From contig OX597816.1 in the NCBI GenBank assembly GCA_951406725.2, positions 130,696,001-130,760,000 of the forward strand: a stretch of DNA of 64,000 bases. The letters run 5' to 3'. The DNA comes from Octopus vulgaris. Its lineage: Eukaryota. Of the stretch, positions 53,546 to 64,000 are shown in pieces (the stretch's first letter is position 1; every line of letters starts with the position of its first letter). Below the pieces are notes generated by a model that saw only the letters and a program-made list of their open reading frames with translations, made no database searches and had not been told where the DNA came from. The position numbers and the translations under genes were made by a program.

Positions 53546-56500
53546 AGAATAATATTTCAGATCAATTGCTCTAAAAGAAAGGCCATTGACGCTGAATGTT
53601 TATAACACTTTTAAAACAACATTACTGGAACGAATATTCCAATAAGAAATATACTGGGTAGCATAAAAATTATTTATATATATATATATTGTTGTGGTTC
53701 TCATTAGTCCGGTAGTTGAGAAAACTTGCACTGAACTTGCAGAAAAGACAAGCATGCGCCTTGAATTAATTTGAGTAGCTTAAGTTCTGTGTGATGTTTA
53801 CCAATCGTTTATTTGGGAGTGTTGCAAGAATTATGATCTTTCTAAGATTTCTTAGCATATCTTTGCTGTGTAACTTGAGGATTACATCAGTATAAATGCA
53901 AATACATATAATATATGTGCATAATCAGCATTCATCTACCTCATTTTGAAATTCCATTTGTAGCACAGAATTGAATACAAGAAAAAAAGCTAGATTTTTA
54001 TTATTTCAATTCCTGATAGTAATATTGATGTCACAAACGTCGTTTAAAATTATTGGCAAAATAGCTTAATAAATGCTATGCCAATGATTTAAAACTTAAT
54101 ATATATAATGACAGATTTAAACCAACTAGTATTATTTCGGATATTCACATGCCTCATGCATTTATGGAATGCAACAAAAATTCGTACTTCACATGAAGCG
54201 GCGACTACTCGTCGTATAATGGTGAGTCATGACATTGAAGATGCTGTTGGCTTGTACCTCATTAACAGCAATCATCTTTTTTTATCTTTTCGGTACTATA
54301 GTTTACGAGAATTAATCCTGAACTTGATAGTCACGGGTGACGGGCATTGCTTCGTTATACCAATATCATTTTACAAATATTCTATCATTGCAGCAACATT
54401 GATACATTGTAACTATTGATTCATTATACAATAGTAGTAGAAACACCACCTCTGGGCAATTTTCTGCTGGTATGTGTTGAACAGAAGAATTGTAGTGGCG
54501 AAAGAAATAGCGCAGTATGTATTGTGTATTATTATATTATAATCAATATACTAAATGAAATCAATATATTACCTTACAATAAACGTAAAATTGAAAGAGA
54601 CACAGAAAATAACTCAGGGTTTTTATTAATCAAAGGACCATCGTTTACATATATAGTGTATAGCCGAATGAAATTTTAAATAATACAATTTCTATATAAT
54701 TTTGATATGATAAATAGATATATTCTCGATGTATCTAAATATCTTCTAATGTATCACAAGCATTCTCGATGTATCTAAAAGAAAACTTTGTAACCATTAC
54801 AGAGAGATAGAGAAAGAGAGATAGGGAGACAGAGAAAGAGAGATAGAGAAAGAGAGAAAGAGAGATAGAGATACAGAGAAAGAGAGAGAGAAATAAGATG
54901 TTTATAAACGCTATAATGAATACAACAGTGATAGAGAAAAATTTATAAGAATAGAAAGAAAGAAGATGTTGAAAAACAACCCCTCTATAATGCGCTATAA
55001 GGTGGTGAAAAATGCTATCTCGCAGTGAATTAAGATTAGTTGAAATCTTCAATAATATGAAAAACTTGGAAACTACATTTTGATAAAAAAATATATTGAA
55101 ATTGGAATTCGTAAGAATTTTCTAGACAATTGCTTTCTTTTAGTAAAAGTTAAATGATCCAAGATATTTAACAAGCAGCTTTCTCTGTTACAGTATAGAT
55201 AAATATATATATTCGTACATATATACTGACACTCACTCACTCACACACACACACAAACACACACACATATAATCAATATAATATAATAAAACTATATTGG
55301 TATAATGAATCAATGCCAGTATAATGAATACACACACATACACACATCGAATCATTATATCAATATGTTTTTTTTATTACACTAATACTAAAGTCGTTTC
55401 AACATTCGTCAAGACATTAAACGGATAATTCATTTAGAATACTTTCATCTCCAAAAAACGCCATCAAAACAAACATATCGTTACCAACTAAAAACATAAT
55501 GATCCAGCATTTCTTAAATCGCACATTTCATCGACTAGTCTCAGATCTATGTTCTTTATTAACGTGGTGCATTTAAAAAGAAATGGATTAGAGCTTTGAT
55601 TTTCTCACACATTCACAATTTTTTGCTGGTTGTTTTACCATCTTTAGCTCATCCTTTATATCTATTATAACACCGTCTTAATCATTGTAATAAAATACCT
55701 TATATTATCGTCGTTTGCTGTCAGCTCTGATAGTAGACACATGACCAAAGTATCTTTTTGCATATCTAGGACTACATTGTGTAATGTATCCTCCCATTTT
55801 TAAGAGATTAGGATCTGGTTTGAATGATATTTAACTCCTATTTTAGCAGGTTGAATGAAGGCATACATGCATCTTTTTGGAAGAATATGTTGTCAAGCTC
55901 TAAGTCAGCCCTGGACAAGCATACATGATCAAAGACACGAGGCTATTACGTTTTTTTTTTCTTTTTTGCCGAGGCTGTACATCGAAGGATACATTATCCA
56001 ATGTATTCTTTATATTTTTAAGAAAGGAAGCTGCAATTTTATCGAGATTTGACTGCTATTTTTAACATATGTGACCACGTAAGCGGTTCTTTAATTTCAT
56101 AGAATCACCAACGCAGATGTTAGAAAAATTGATAAAATACATTTCTTTTTTATTAATTTAAAACCAAATAATTTCTTTAACTAGGGCATCAGCCTTTTAA
56201 TTGCATAACTGGAAAACCTTTTAAAGAACAGACTATACTTCATTTAATAGATGACAGGTTGTGAAATATCAAATTTGTAAAGATGTATATTCTTCTAGAA
56301 AATGCGAATATAATTCGTAGCAATCTAAGTTTTTCTATCATTTACAATAATTATTTAGTTAATTGTCATCGTCTGTTTTCCAAAGCAGAGTCTGTAAGGC
56401 TACGGAAATATAACAATCCCGTATCTCTCAGATAATAGTTTTTCTATTTTCTGCTGCTGGTTATGTTGTATATCTGAACAAAATACTTCATTCTACTTAC

Positions 56501-56653
56501 ATGAGACCCAATCTTAGTTTAAGATTAGAGATGCTTCTGATATCAAAAAAGATAGTCTAAATGTGGTTTCCTGAAAATAAACTCGATTTCCTGAAAATAA
56601 GAGCCAAATCTTCCTCAAATCACACCTTAAATAGGGAGGGACACGCTTTAGAT

Positions 56654-57021
56654 CAGTGGTTGTCAACCATTTTTTACCTATGATTACCTTTGATTAGTAT
56701 TTTATTCTGGTGGACCCCATAACCATTCGATGTTTAAAAACTAGTTTTATAGATACTTCTTTCAAAACTCATTTTTGTTTTTTTCAAACATTCACTTGTG
56801 TATGTATAATTTTAGAGAAAGTTTCTTGCAATAAAAACATCTAAAGCAAAATTTTTTCAGGGACCCCTAAAATACTACTGCGGATCCCCAATTTACTATT
56901 TGGTTGCATGTACCCCCAAAATATGACTGCAGATCCTCAATTTACTATTGTGCCTGTGTTTACCCCTAAAAATCTTATATGGACATTCTGGAGTCATATG
57001 GATCCGGGTTGAGAAACACTG
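56654..57021. mobile_element. hAT (Charlie-type) MITE nested in a family-C repeat
   Basis: TIRs CAGTGGTTGTCAACC / GGTTGAGAAACACTG; 8-bp TSD-like CTTTAGAT / TTTTAAAT; internal GGACCCC-type subrepeats. Confidence 0.8.
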
Positions 57022-57169
57022 TTTTAAATAATATATGCCAACATGCTCCCTAGAAAGATAGGTTAGTCATGGCTGTTCAATGCCTTTGACCATAGGTTTG
57101 CTTGATAAGGATCAATCTGGAGTTGAACAAAACAAAAACGAAACTAAGAATATAGTTCCAAGATATTTT

Positions 57170-57510
57170 TGCGGATGCTCTGGGATGCATCATAAACGAT
57201 GTTTCTTGGGTCAGATTCCCTCACCAAATGATCCAGTAGGGGTTGACCAAGTCCCATCTTGTATCCTCGTAGCAGCAAACCATCAGTCCATCCACTTTAT
57301 CCAAAGCCGCCTCGTCACCTTCTCTACAACTTTAGTAATGAAATTTATTGTGTTCTCTTCTTTGCTACACCAATAACACAAGCCCTTTCAGAGCTTTGCA
57401 GACCGAACGCCCCACAAAATTCTCGCACTCCATTTGAATTGCTTCGCAACAGATCTCCTAGCCAACCCTGGTTTCTGCACAACTCTACCAGCTCCTGGTA
57501 TTTGGCAAAT
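57170..57510 (-). mobile_element. HERO-type REL non-LTR retrotransposon 3' end, decayed
   Basis: AKYQELVELCRNQGW...CEAIQMEC.NFVGRSVCKAL...EKVTRRLWIK, then 3' UTR GCTGCT....ATACAAG...GGTCAACCCC....GGTGAGGG...GATGCATCCCAGAGCATC. Confidence 0.7.
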
Positions 57511-58080
57511 GAAAATAAAATACAAAAATAAACAGACAGGCATAAAAAAAATTGGAAAGACATGTAGTGAGAAGATAAAAGGAGAAATACTACGTAGAAG
57601 AATTTAAACCAATAAAACAATCTAAACAACAACATCAAGTATGAAGCAGCTGTAAACATCAAATGAGGTTTTAAAAAGACTGAGACGTCATATTGTCTTG
57701 TCCCTTTCTTATGTTTCCTCGATTCGTTTCATTAACTTTAATGAGGCAGATTAACTGGTTGAATTTCATATATTTTGCTTGTAATCTTAGATGGCAATTG
57801 TCTGTAAATAAAAATAGCTGCCGCTACTCTCTTCTGAATAGATGTTTACATAGGAATTCATGTTTCGTTTTATTTTAGTTTTCTGTTTAACAACGCGCAA
57901 ACTATATTTCAATTTATATCTATTTTGAAATTTTATATTTTATTTTTCTTAGAATCATTTTTGTATTTCATATGCTATTTTTTCCTCTCTTTTTAAATTC
58001 TGTCAATCGTCTGTTTCATCTTTCTCCTTCAGATTTTCTTGATATATATATACACACATATACATATATATGTACATACC

Positions 58081-58150
<70 letters not shown>

Positions 58151-58239
58151 TATATATCTATGTATATATACATATATATTTATATACATACATATATACA
58201 TATAATACATACATACATACATACATATAATACATATAC

Positions 58240-58290
<51 letters not shown>

Positions 58291-58291
<1 letters not shown>

Positions 58292-58802
58292 TAGCAGTAT
58301 CGCCCGGCGTTGCTCGGGTTTGTAAGGGAAATAACTATATAAGCATTTTTAGAGAGTTACTTCCCTTATAGATGCCAATTCGGTCTTTCTTAGCCATTTT
58401 TGTTTTGGTGTCTTCAAGCCATGAAGTCGTTGTTCTAAAAGAACGCTGGTCTCCTTCACAACGCATTACGACGTTGATTTCTTTACACTCCCTTCCCCAC
58501 AGCTTCACGAGGGAGGGAAGGGGGAGAAGCAAACAGGTACAGCTGTGAGCGTGGACGCCAACTCCGCCGCCATCGACACACGATGCATTTTATGTATTAA
58601 AATGGAATAAAAAATGATGTTAAATTATTTTTAAAATCGTAGACTCATCGTTGACGCGCGCTAATAGTCAGACGGGCTCGATATGAATCACGACTATAAG
58701 ATACCCGAATTTGGTTAAACTGCACCGCAAAATGTGGGAGGAGTTAGGAATCTAAATCGAAGGGGACAGACACTCACACAACTAGAGTTTTATATATATA
58801 GA
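58291..58802 (-). mobile_element. Non-autonomous Helitron (longer member of the 9424-9757 family)
   Basis: Plus strand A|CTAGCAGTATCGCCCGGCGTTGCTCGGG ... TATATATAGA|T, i.e. TC...hairpin...CTAG on the minus strand, inserted in (TA)n. Confidence 0.85.
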
Positions 58803-58845
58803 TATATATATATGTGTGTGTGTGTCTGTGTGTGTGTGTGTGTGC

Positions 58846-59187
58846 AGGCGTGGCTTTGTGGCAAGAAGCTTGCTTTCCAACCACATAGTTCTAGGTTCAG
58901 TCCCAATGCGTGGCACATCGGGCAAGTGTCTACTACTATACTCTCTGGCCTCTCAAAGCCTTGTGAATGGATTTAATAGGCGGAAACTGAAAGAACCTCG
59001 TCGTATTAATGTGTGTGTGTGCGTGCGTGTGTCTTTGTCCCCCACCGCTGCTTGACAACCGGTGCTGATGTGTTTAGGTCCCCATAACTTAGCGGTTCGG
59101 CAAAAGCGACCGTTGGAATAAGTAATAGGCTTAAGAAATATGCCCTGGGGTCGATTTGTTCGACTAAAACTCTTCAAGGCGGTGATC
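58846..59187 (+). mobile_element. Family-B SINE
   Basis: GGCGTGGCTTTGTGGCAAGAAGCTTGCTTTCCAACCAC...GGAAACTGAAAGAA...GCTTGACAACCGG...GGGTCGATTTGTTCGACTAAA. Confidence 0.85.
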
Positions 59188-59277
59188 CACCGGTTGTCTA
59201 CCTCGATATCCCTTTTGTGCATCGAGGTTTTGTTGCTATTTTCAGTTTCTCTCTGTCTCAATCTGTCTGTCTCTCAT

Positions 59278-59364
<87 letters not shown>

Positions 59365-59869
59365 GTCAATATTTTTTTATATTAGTGTGTGCGTGTGTGT
59401 ATACGAATGTATGCATGTATGTGCGTATTTGTGTATTTTCTTTTAGTTATATTAAAAATATTCACCAATAGACAAAGAGCCAGTTTCTAACCCAGATTGT
59501 AAACTGTTTCTTTGTAAGTCAGACAACTTCAGCTAGGTACACAAATTCATATGTCTCTACACACATATGTATGCGCGCACATGTCATTATATGTCTCTAT
59601 TTTCTAATAGATATGGTTGCATGCCTTACATGTCTACAAGTATAAACAGGAGACTAAACGTTTGAAAGTTTTACATATTCTGACAGTTCCATTAATACAT
59701 ACATACATACATACATACATACATACATACATACATACATACATACATACATACATACATACATACAGTTCCATTAATGGCTTGTAATTATAATCTTTCA
59801 TTTAGCCATATCCTTTCTGGTTTTGTGAATTTCCACTTCTCGAGACTGATACTGAGAGAATTTGATATA

Positions 59870-60883
59870 TATTAGGTTGTCAAGTATGAAATTTGTAAAA
59901 AAGAAAAAAAAAGTTTGCTAATGTTTTATAAATACAAGGAATAGATTTATTCATCAAAGTATGCACCCATATTGTCAATACATTTTGCCATTTCAGTGGT
60001 AGCTTGTCTAGCCCGGAACTGTAAAAGCCTGGCAATCTAGAGTCAATAAAATCTTGGAAGGCCCATTTTACAGCATCGTCGGAATTAAATTTTTTTCCTA
60101 TCAAAAAGTTATCCAAATTCTGGAAGAAGTGGTAGTCAGTGGGGGCAAGATCAGGTGAGTATGGTGGATGATGGAGAACTTCTAACTTCAACTCCTGTAG
60201 TTCCGCCAATGTCATTTTTGCGATGTGCTGTCTGGCGTTGTCTGGCGTTGTCTTGCAATAAAATAGGTGTGGATCTGTCGACTAATCTAGACTGCTTTTT
60301 GCTGCAGTATACTTCGGCCATGATTGATGAGCCAGGTTTAAGGAAATCATAATAGATTACACATGCGCCAGTCTACCAAACACATATCATCAGCTTCTTT
60401 TGATGAATTTTGCTTTTTGGACTATGTTTTGGTGATTTGTCTTTGTCCAGCCATTGTGCCGAACGTTTACGGTTGTTGTATTGGATCCATTTTTCATCAC
60501 ATGTTACAATTCGATTAAAAAATGGTTCATTTTTGTGACGAGAAAGTAGCATAATGCAGGCTTAACAACGATAATTCACGGGCACTTTGAGATGGATCTG
60601 ACTCGACGGTGGCTTTCAGTTTGTCGTTATCCACCTTTGCTTCTGCTCGACCGCGTTGCTCTTTTATGAGGTCAAAGTTACCAGAACGAAATTTTGCAAA
60701 CCAATTTGATACTATCTGCTGTGTAATAACATTAGAATGAAAAACTCCATTAATATTCCGAGCTGTCTGTGAGGCTGTACTTCCAAGAAAGAATTCATAT
60801 TTTAAAACTGTACGAATTTCCGACTTATCTCAGTTAACGATATCCGACATGTCATGTTTATGCTTGGTTGTAGTTTTGATGAT
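59870..60883 (-). mobile_element. Mariner transposon (cecropia-subfamily-like), near full-length transposase pseudogene with internal deletion and only one TIR
   Basis: ATG at 60850; EIRTVLKYEF, WFAKFRSGNFDL, RIVTCDEKWI, LLQDNAR, HPPYSPDLAPTDYHFF, KWQKC. TIR TATTAGGTTGTCAAG at 59870. Stops and a 10-bp tandem duplication (about 60229-60250). Confidence 0.93.
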
Positions 60884-60892
60884 GTTCCATTA

Positions 60893-60923
<31 letters not shown>

Positions 60924-60951
60924 TGTATGTATGTATGTATGTATGTATGTA

Positions 60952-61001
<50 letters not shown>

Positions 61002-61814
61002 TGTATTTATGCTTTCTGTGTTTGTTAAATTTCACCACTGGAAAAAGGCCTATTTCTCGCCTAGAAACAAGGTGTCTTTCACTGAAATTTAAACAATATT
61101 AATGGAGTAGTTGTGCATGCGTGCATGACTGTCTGCACGTATGTATATATTTATGCCTTGTTCGTATTTGCGCACGAATGTATATGTGTATATATATGCA
61201 TGTCTTTGCATGTGTGAATCCGTTTGTTTTGCTTCATGTACATGTTACTATGACATTATATTTATGTAAATTAATCAAACGGAAGAAGGGAAATCAAACA
61301 CACCACATAAAGAGAATAATGAAATATTTATCACAAGCTTGTATACTGTGAAAGGGAATCAGGGGTTTAGTAGCTTACTTTACTTTTGAGAGAAACACAT
61401 TTTTTCCTCTTCATAGGAATATTATTTAATGCGTTTCCTCAAACCGAAAGAAATAACACCCAAATCTCACTTCAATCAATCACACCTATCCGTCTTAATA
61501 AGGAAGTGAAGAGCAAACTAAGATAATTTATTGTTAGATATATTATACATTAAAAAAAACTGCATGATTGTGACGGATGGAACGGCTTTGATCAAATGTT
61601 TGTTCGAGCAGAGCTTGACAACAACTTTATAAAGTCTATTTTGTTTGAAATTTCAAATCAGTCGTAAAATCCAAATTAAGCAAATATTCTTTGTCTACCA
61701 TGTTGTGAATGCATACTTTGTCTTACTGTCTTTGATATTGATGGTGCTGGTGTATTTTATATTATACGAGCAAAACTGTCCAATGGACAGTGCTGAGTTG
61801 TCAAACATTTAAAC

Positions 61815-61874
61815 CAAATTTTCTCAAAACAACTTGTCCGACCGTCCCATAGGCCTCCCCTTTGAGAAATACTG
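61815..61874. mobile_element. 60-bp hAT-type mini-MITE remnant
   Basis: CAAATTTTCTCAAA / TTTGAGAAATACTG (11/14 inverted match); flanks ATTTAAAC / ATTTAACC (7/8). Confidence 0.5.
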
Positions 61875-62189
61875 ATTTAACCTAAAATTGAGACACCAGC
61901 AAAAGAAGAAATAAAGATAGACTTTTTTTCTATTCCAAAGAAAAACGATTTCATTCACACAAATATGCAACCGAAGAGATTAAAGTACCAGTAATGATAA
62001 GGCTGTTGACTGGGAGGACACAAACATGGTTTAAACAGTAAGCTTGACAGGAAAGAAATGTGCCTTTAAGCAGTACAAAAACAACAAAAAAATGGAAGGT
62101 TCAGTTATGTACAGGTTGACGGAAGAAAAGCAGGACAAAAACGGCTTTATCGATCGCATTCTCACCTGGAATCAATTTTTGTAACATTT

Positions 62190-62326
62190 TCAAGACTTAT
62201 ACACTTATACACGCCCTGATACCGTCGGTATCTACATATCAAATTTGAGCGCAATCGGATGGAGGATGCCCGAGATCCGAGAAGCCACACACACACAGAC
62301 AGACAGAACGGATTTTATATAAGAGA
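62190..62326 (-). mobile_element. Helitron-type 5' end fragment
   Basis: Minus strand A|TCTCTTATATAAAATCCGTTCTGTCTGTCTGTGTG...TCCGATTGCGCTCAAATTTG; no CTAG end found. Confidence 0.55.
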
Positions 62327-63009
62327 TTTGTAACATGAATAAGTCATTTATATATAAATGTTCTTTGCCTACATAACCTTGACCCAAGACACCTATTATT
62401 AGGCGCATTCGTAAGTGTCCTTAAAAATAAAATGACAGTAGCATTTAATTTGAATACATTTAACTGCTGTTTCTATCAGATCGAGCGTCTATGTAGAAGT
62501 TCCCTCGTTAGCCCGTTTACTGACATTTTGCAGTAATTAGTAGATAATGTTCTCCACACGTTCGTATATTTAAACAAGACGCGAATGCAAACACGAAAGG
62601 ACAGCCGTTGGGATTCCTTGCATCGTTGAGATGCTATTTTAATCTTCTCGTATTTGCAGCTTCTGGTAGGAATGGGAGACGGGGGTCTCTTAATAACCAA
62701 CGATCTCCGACTTTTCTATTCTTTGACCCCAAAAGTAGTGACCTTCATCCGAGTGGTTCGAGTCACCTAAAGTATATAAGAACTACACCGAGAAAAATAT
62801 CTTTTACCTGGATGTCATTTTCTTTCTCATCTTTTTTTTCCTTTTGGTATTTTACTCTTTCTTTTTATTTATAATATTTTATTAACTGTTTCACATTAGT
62901 AAATGTTCGGTTTCTTCCTAAAGAAGATACACAAATCTGAACAAGCCATGGTGTATTAATAATTAGATTTTTGAGTAACCTCTTTCAAAAATCGAAGTGC
63001 AATAATATT

Positions 63010-63392
63010 TCAATTTATTGACCCCGAAATACTTAATTTATTTATTGATCCCGAAAGGATGAAAGGCAAGGTCGACCTCGACGGAATTTGAACTTAGAAC
63101 GTAACGGCAGACGAAATACGGCTACGCATTTCGCCCGGCGCGCTAACGTTTCTGCCAGCTCGCCGCTTTTGACAGTTTAAATAATAGCTTCTAATTTAGA
63201 CAGAAGACCATCAATCTTTGAAGAGGAGGAGTTAGTCGAATATATCGATTCCTGTAATTGAATGGTACTCTATTTTATCGACCCCAGAGGAACGAAAAGG
63301 AAAACTGGCACCAACAGTATGTAAAGAGACCGGAACAAATATTGCAAGGCATTTTTCCCGATGCTCCAACGTTTTTGCCAGATCGTCGCCTT
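63010..63392 (-). mobile_element. Two family-A SINE units
   Basis: CCCGAAAGGATGAAAGGCAAGGTCGACCTCG...TTCTGCCAGCTCGCCGC, plus a diverged second unit. Confidence 0.85.
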
Positions 63393-64000
63393 ATTGTAAA
63401 TTCTTTCTCATCGAGCGTTTTCTTCTTCCCTTATTGGCTTAACTGCATTCATAATTCTGAAAGAAGCTAGCAGAACTACGACGTAGTTTTCCAATATACT
63501 TTGCGATCACACAATCACTACAACGGTCACCATCCACCGCTACTACCACGAACGTCTTTACTTGCACGATTAAGTTCTCGTAAAGAATCTGTTTCCATTT
63601 AAAATATTGTTCGATTGTTTTACTGGCGTCTGAAGGCGAATTAGTTCTTCCCATAATTCCCGAATCCGTTTTTTGTTCTGTTTGTGTTTAGGCCGGCAAA
63701 AGGAACGTGGGAGATAAAAACAGAAAATGTTACTTTTGGATGTTTTAGCCTTTTTTTAAGTATCTAATTATCATCTTTTGTGTGTGTGTGTGTGTGTGTG
63801 TATGTTTCACTCGCTCACACATATGCACACTTTTCAAATATAGAAAGAAGCACTCACACACATATATTCTTCTTTATCTTATTTGCGGTACGATTTGCTG
63901 TTATATTTGTTTTAATTCCATTAAAAAACAAGGAACGAATTATAAGTTAGGGTTTTCTAATTGTGTATCGTATATGGGGGTTGATATTGAGATGTTTATC

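Noticed and set aside
59870-60883. Domesticated SETMAR-like gene
   Set aside because: Stops, frameshifts, an internal deletion, a retained TIR and no SET domain mark it as a dead mariner.

Overview
AT-rich, microsatellite-saturated eukaryotic genomic DNA, almost entirely intronic or intergenic. The SINE families and the (TA)n/(CA)n/(GA)n/(TATC)n/(TACA)n load look like an octopus (coleoid cephalopod) genome; this is inferred from repeat content only. Nearly all ORFs in the supplied track are microsatellite or SINE artefacts. The window holds many tRNA-derived SINE copies and decayed non-LTR retrotransposons (R4/Dong-type ending in (TAA)n, two RTE fragments, a HERO-type 3' end, a CR1-like fragment). 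It also holds two mariner transposase relics, non-autonomous Helitrons, hAT MITEs and Penelope-like element (PLE) debris embedded in (TA)n tracts. The most interesting signals are: (i) an intact type I hammerhead ribozyme at 1353-1414 plus several degenerate ones, all beside (TA)n; (ii) an ungapped 158-bp imperfect hairpin (66-410) whose loop carries a hammerhead half-core with the predicted cleavage site exactly at the arm boundary; (iii) recurrent foldback palindromes in or beside (TA)n tracts, one about 1 kb; (iv) a SINE and an RTE LINE sharing a 3' tail; and (v) a candidate two-exon minus-strand micro-gene of about 65 aa. No intact autonomous element and no recognisable host protein-coding gene was found.
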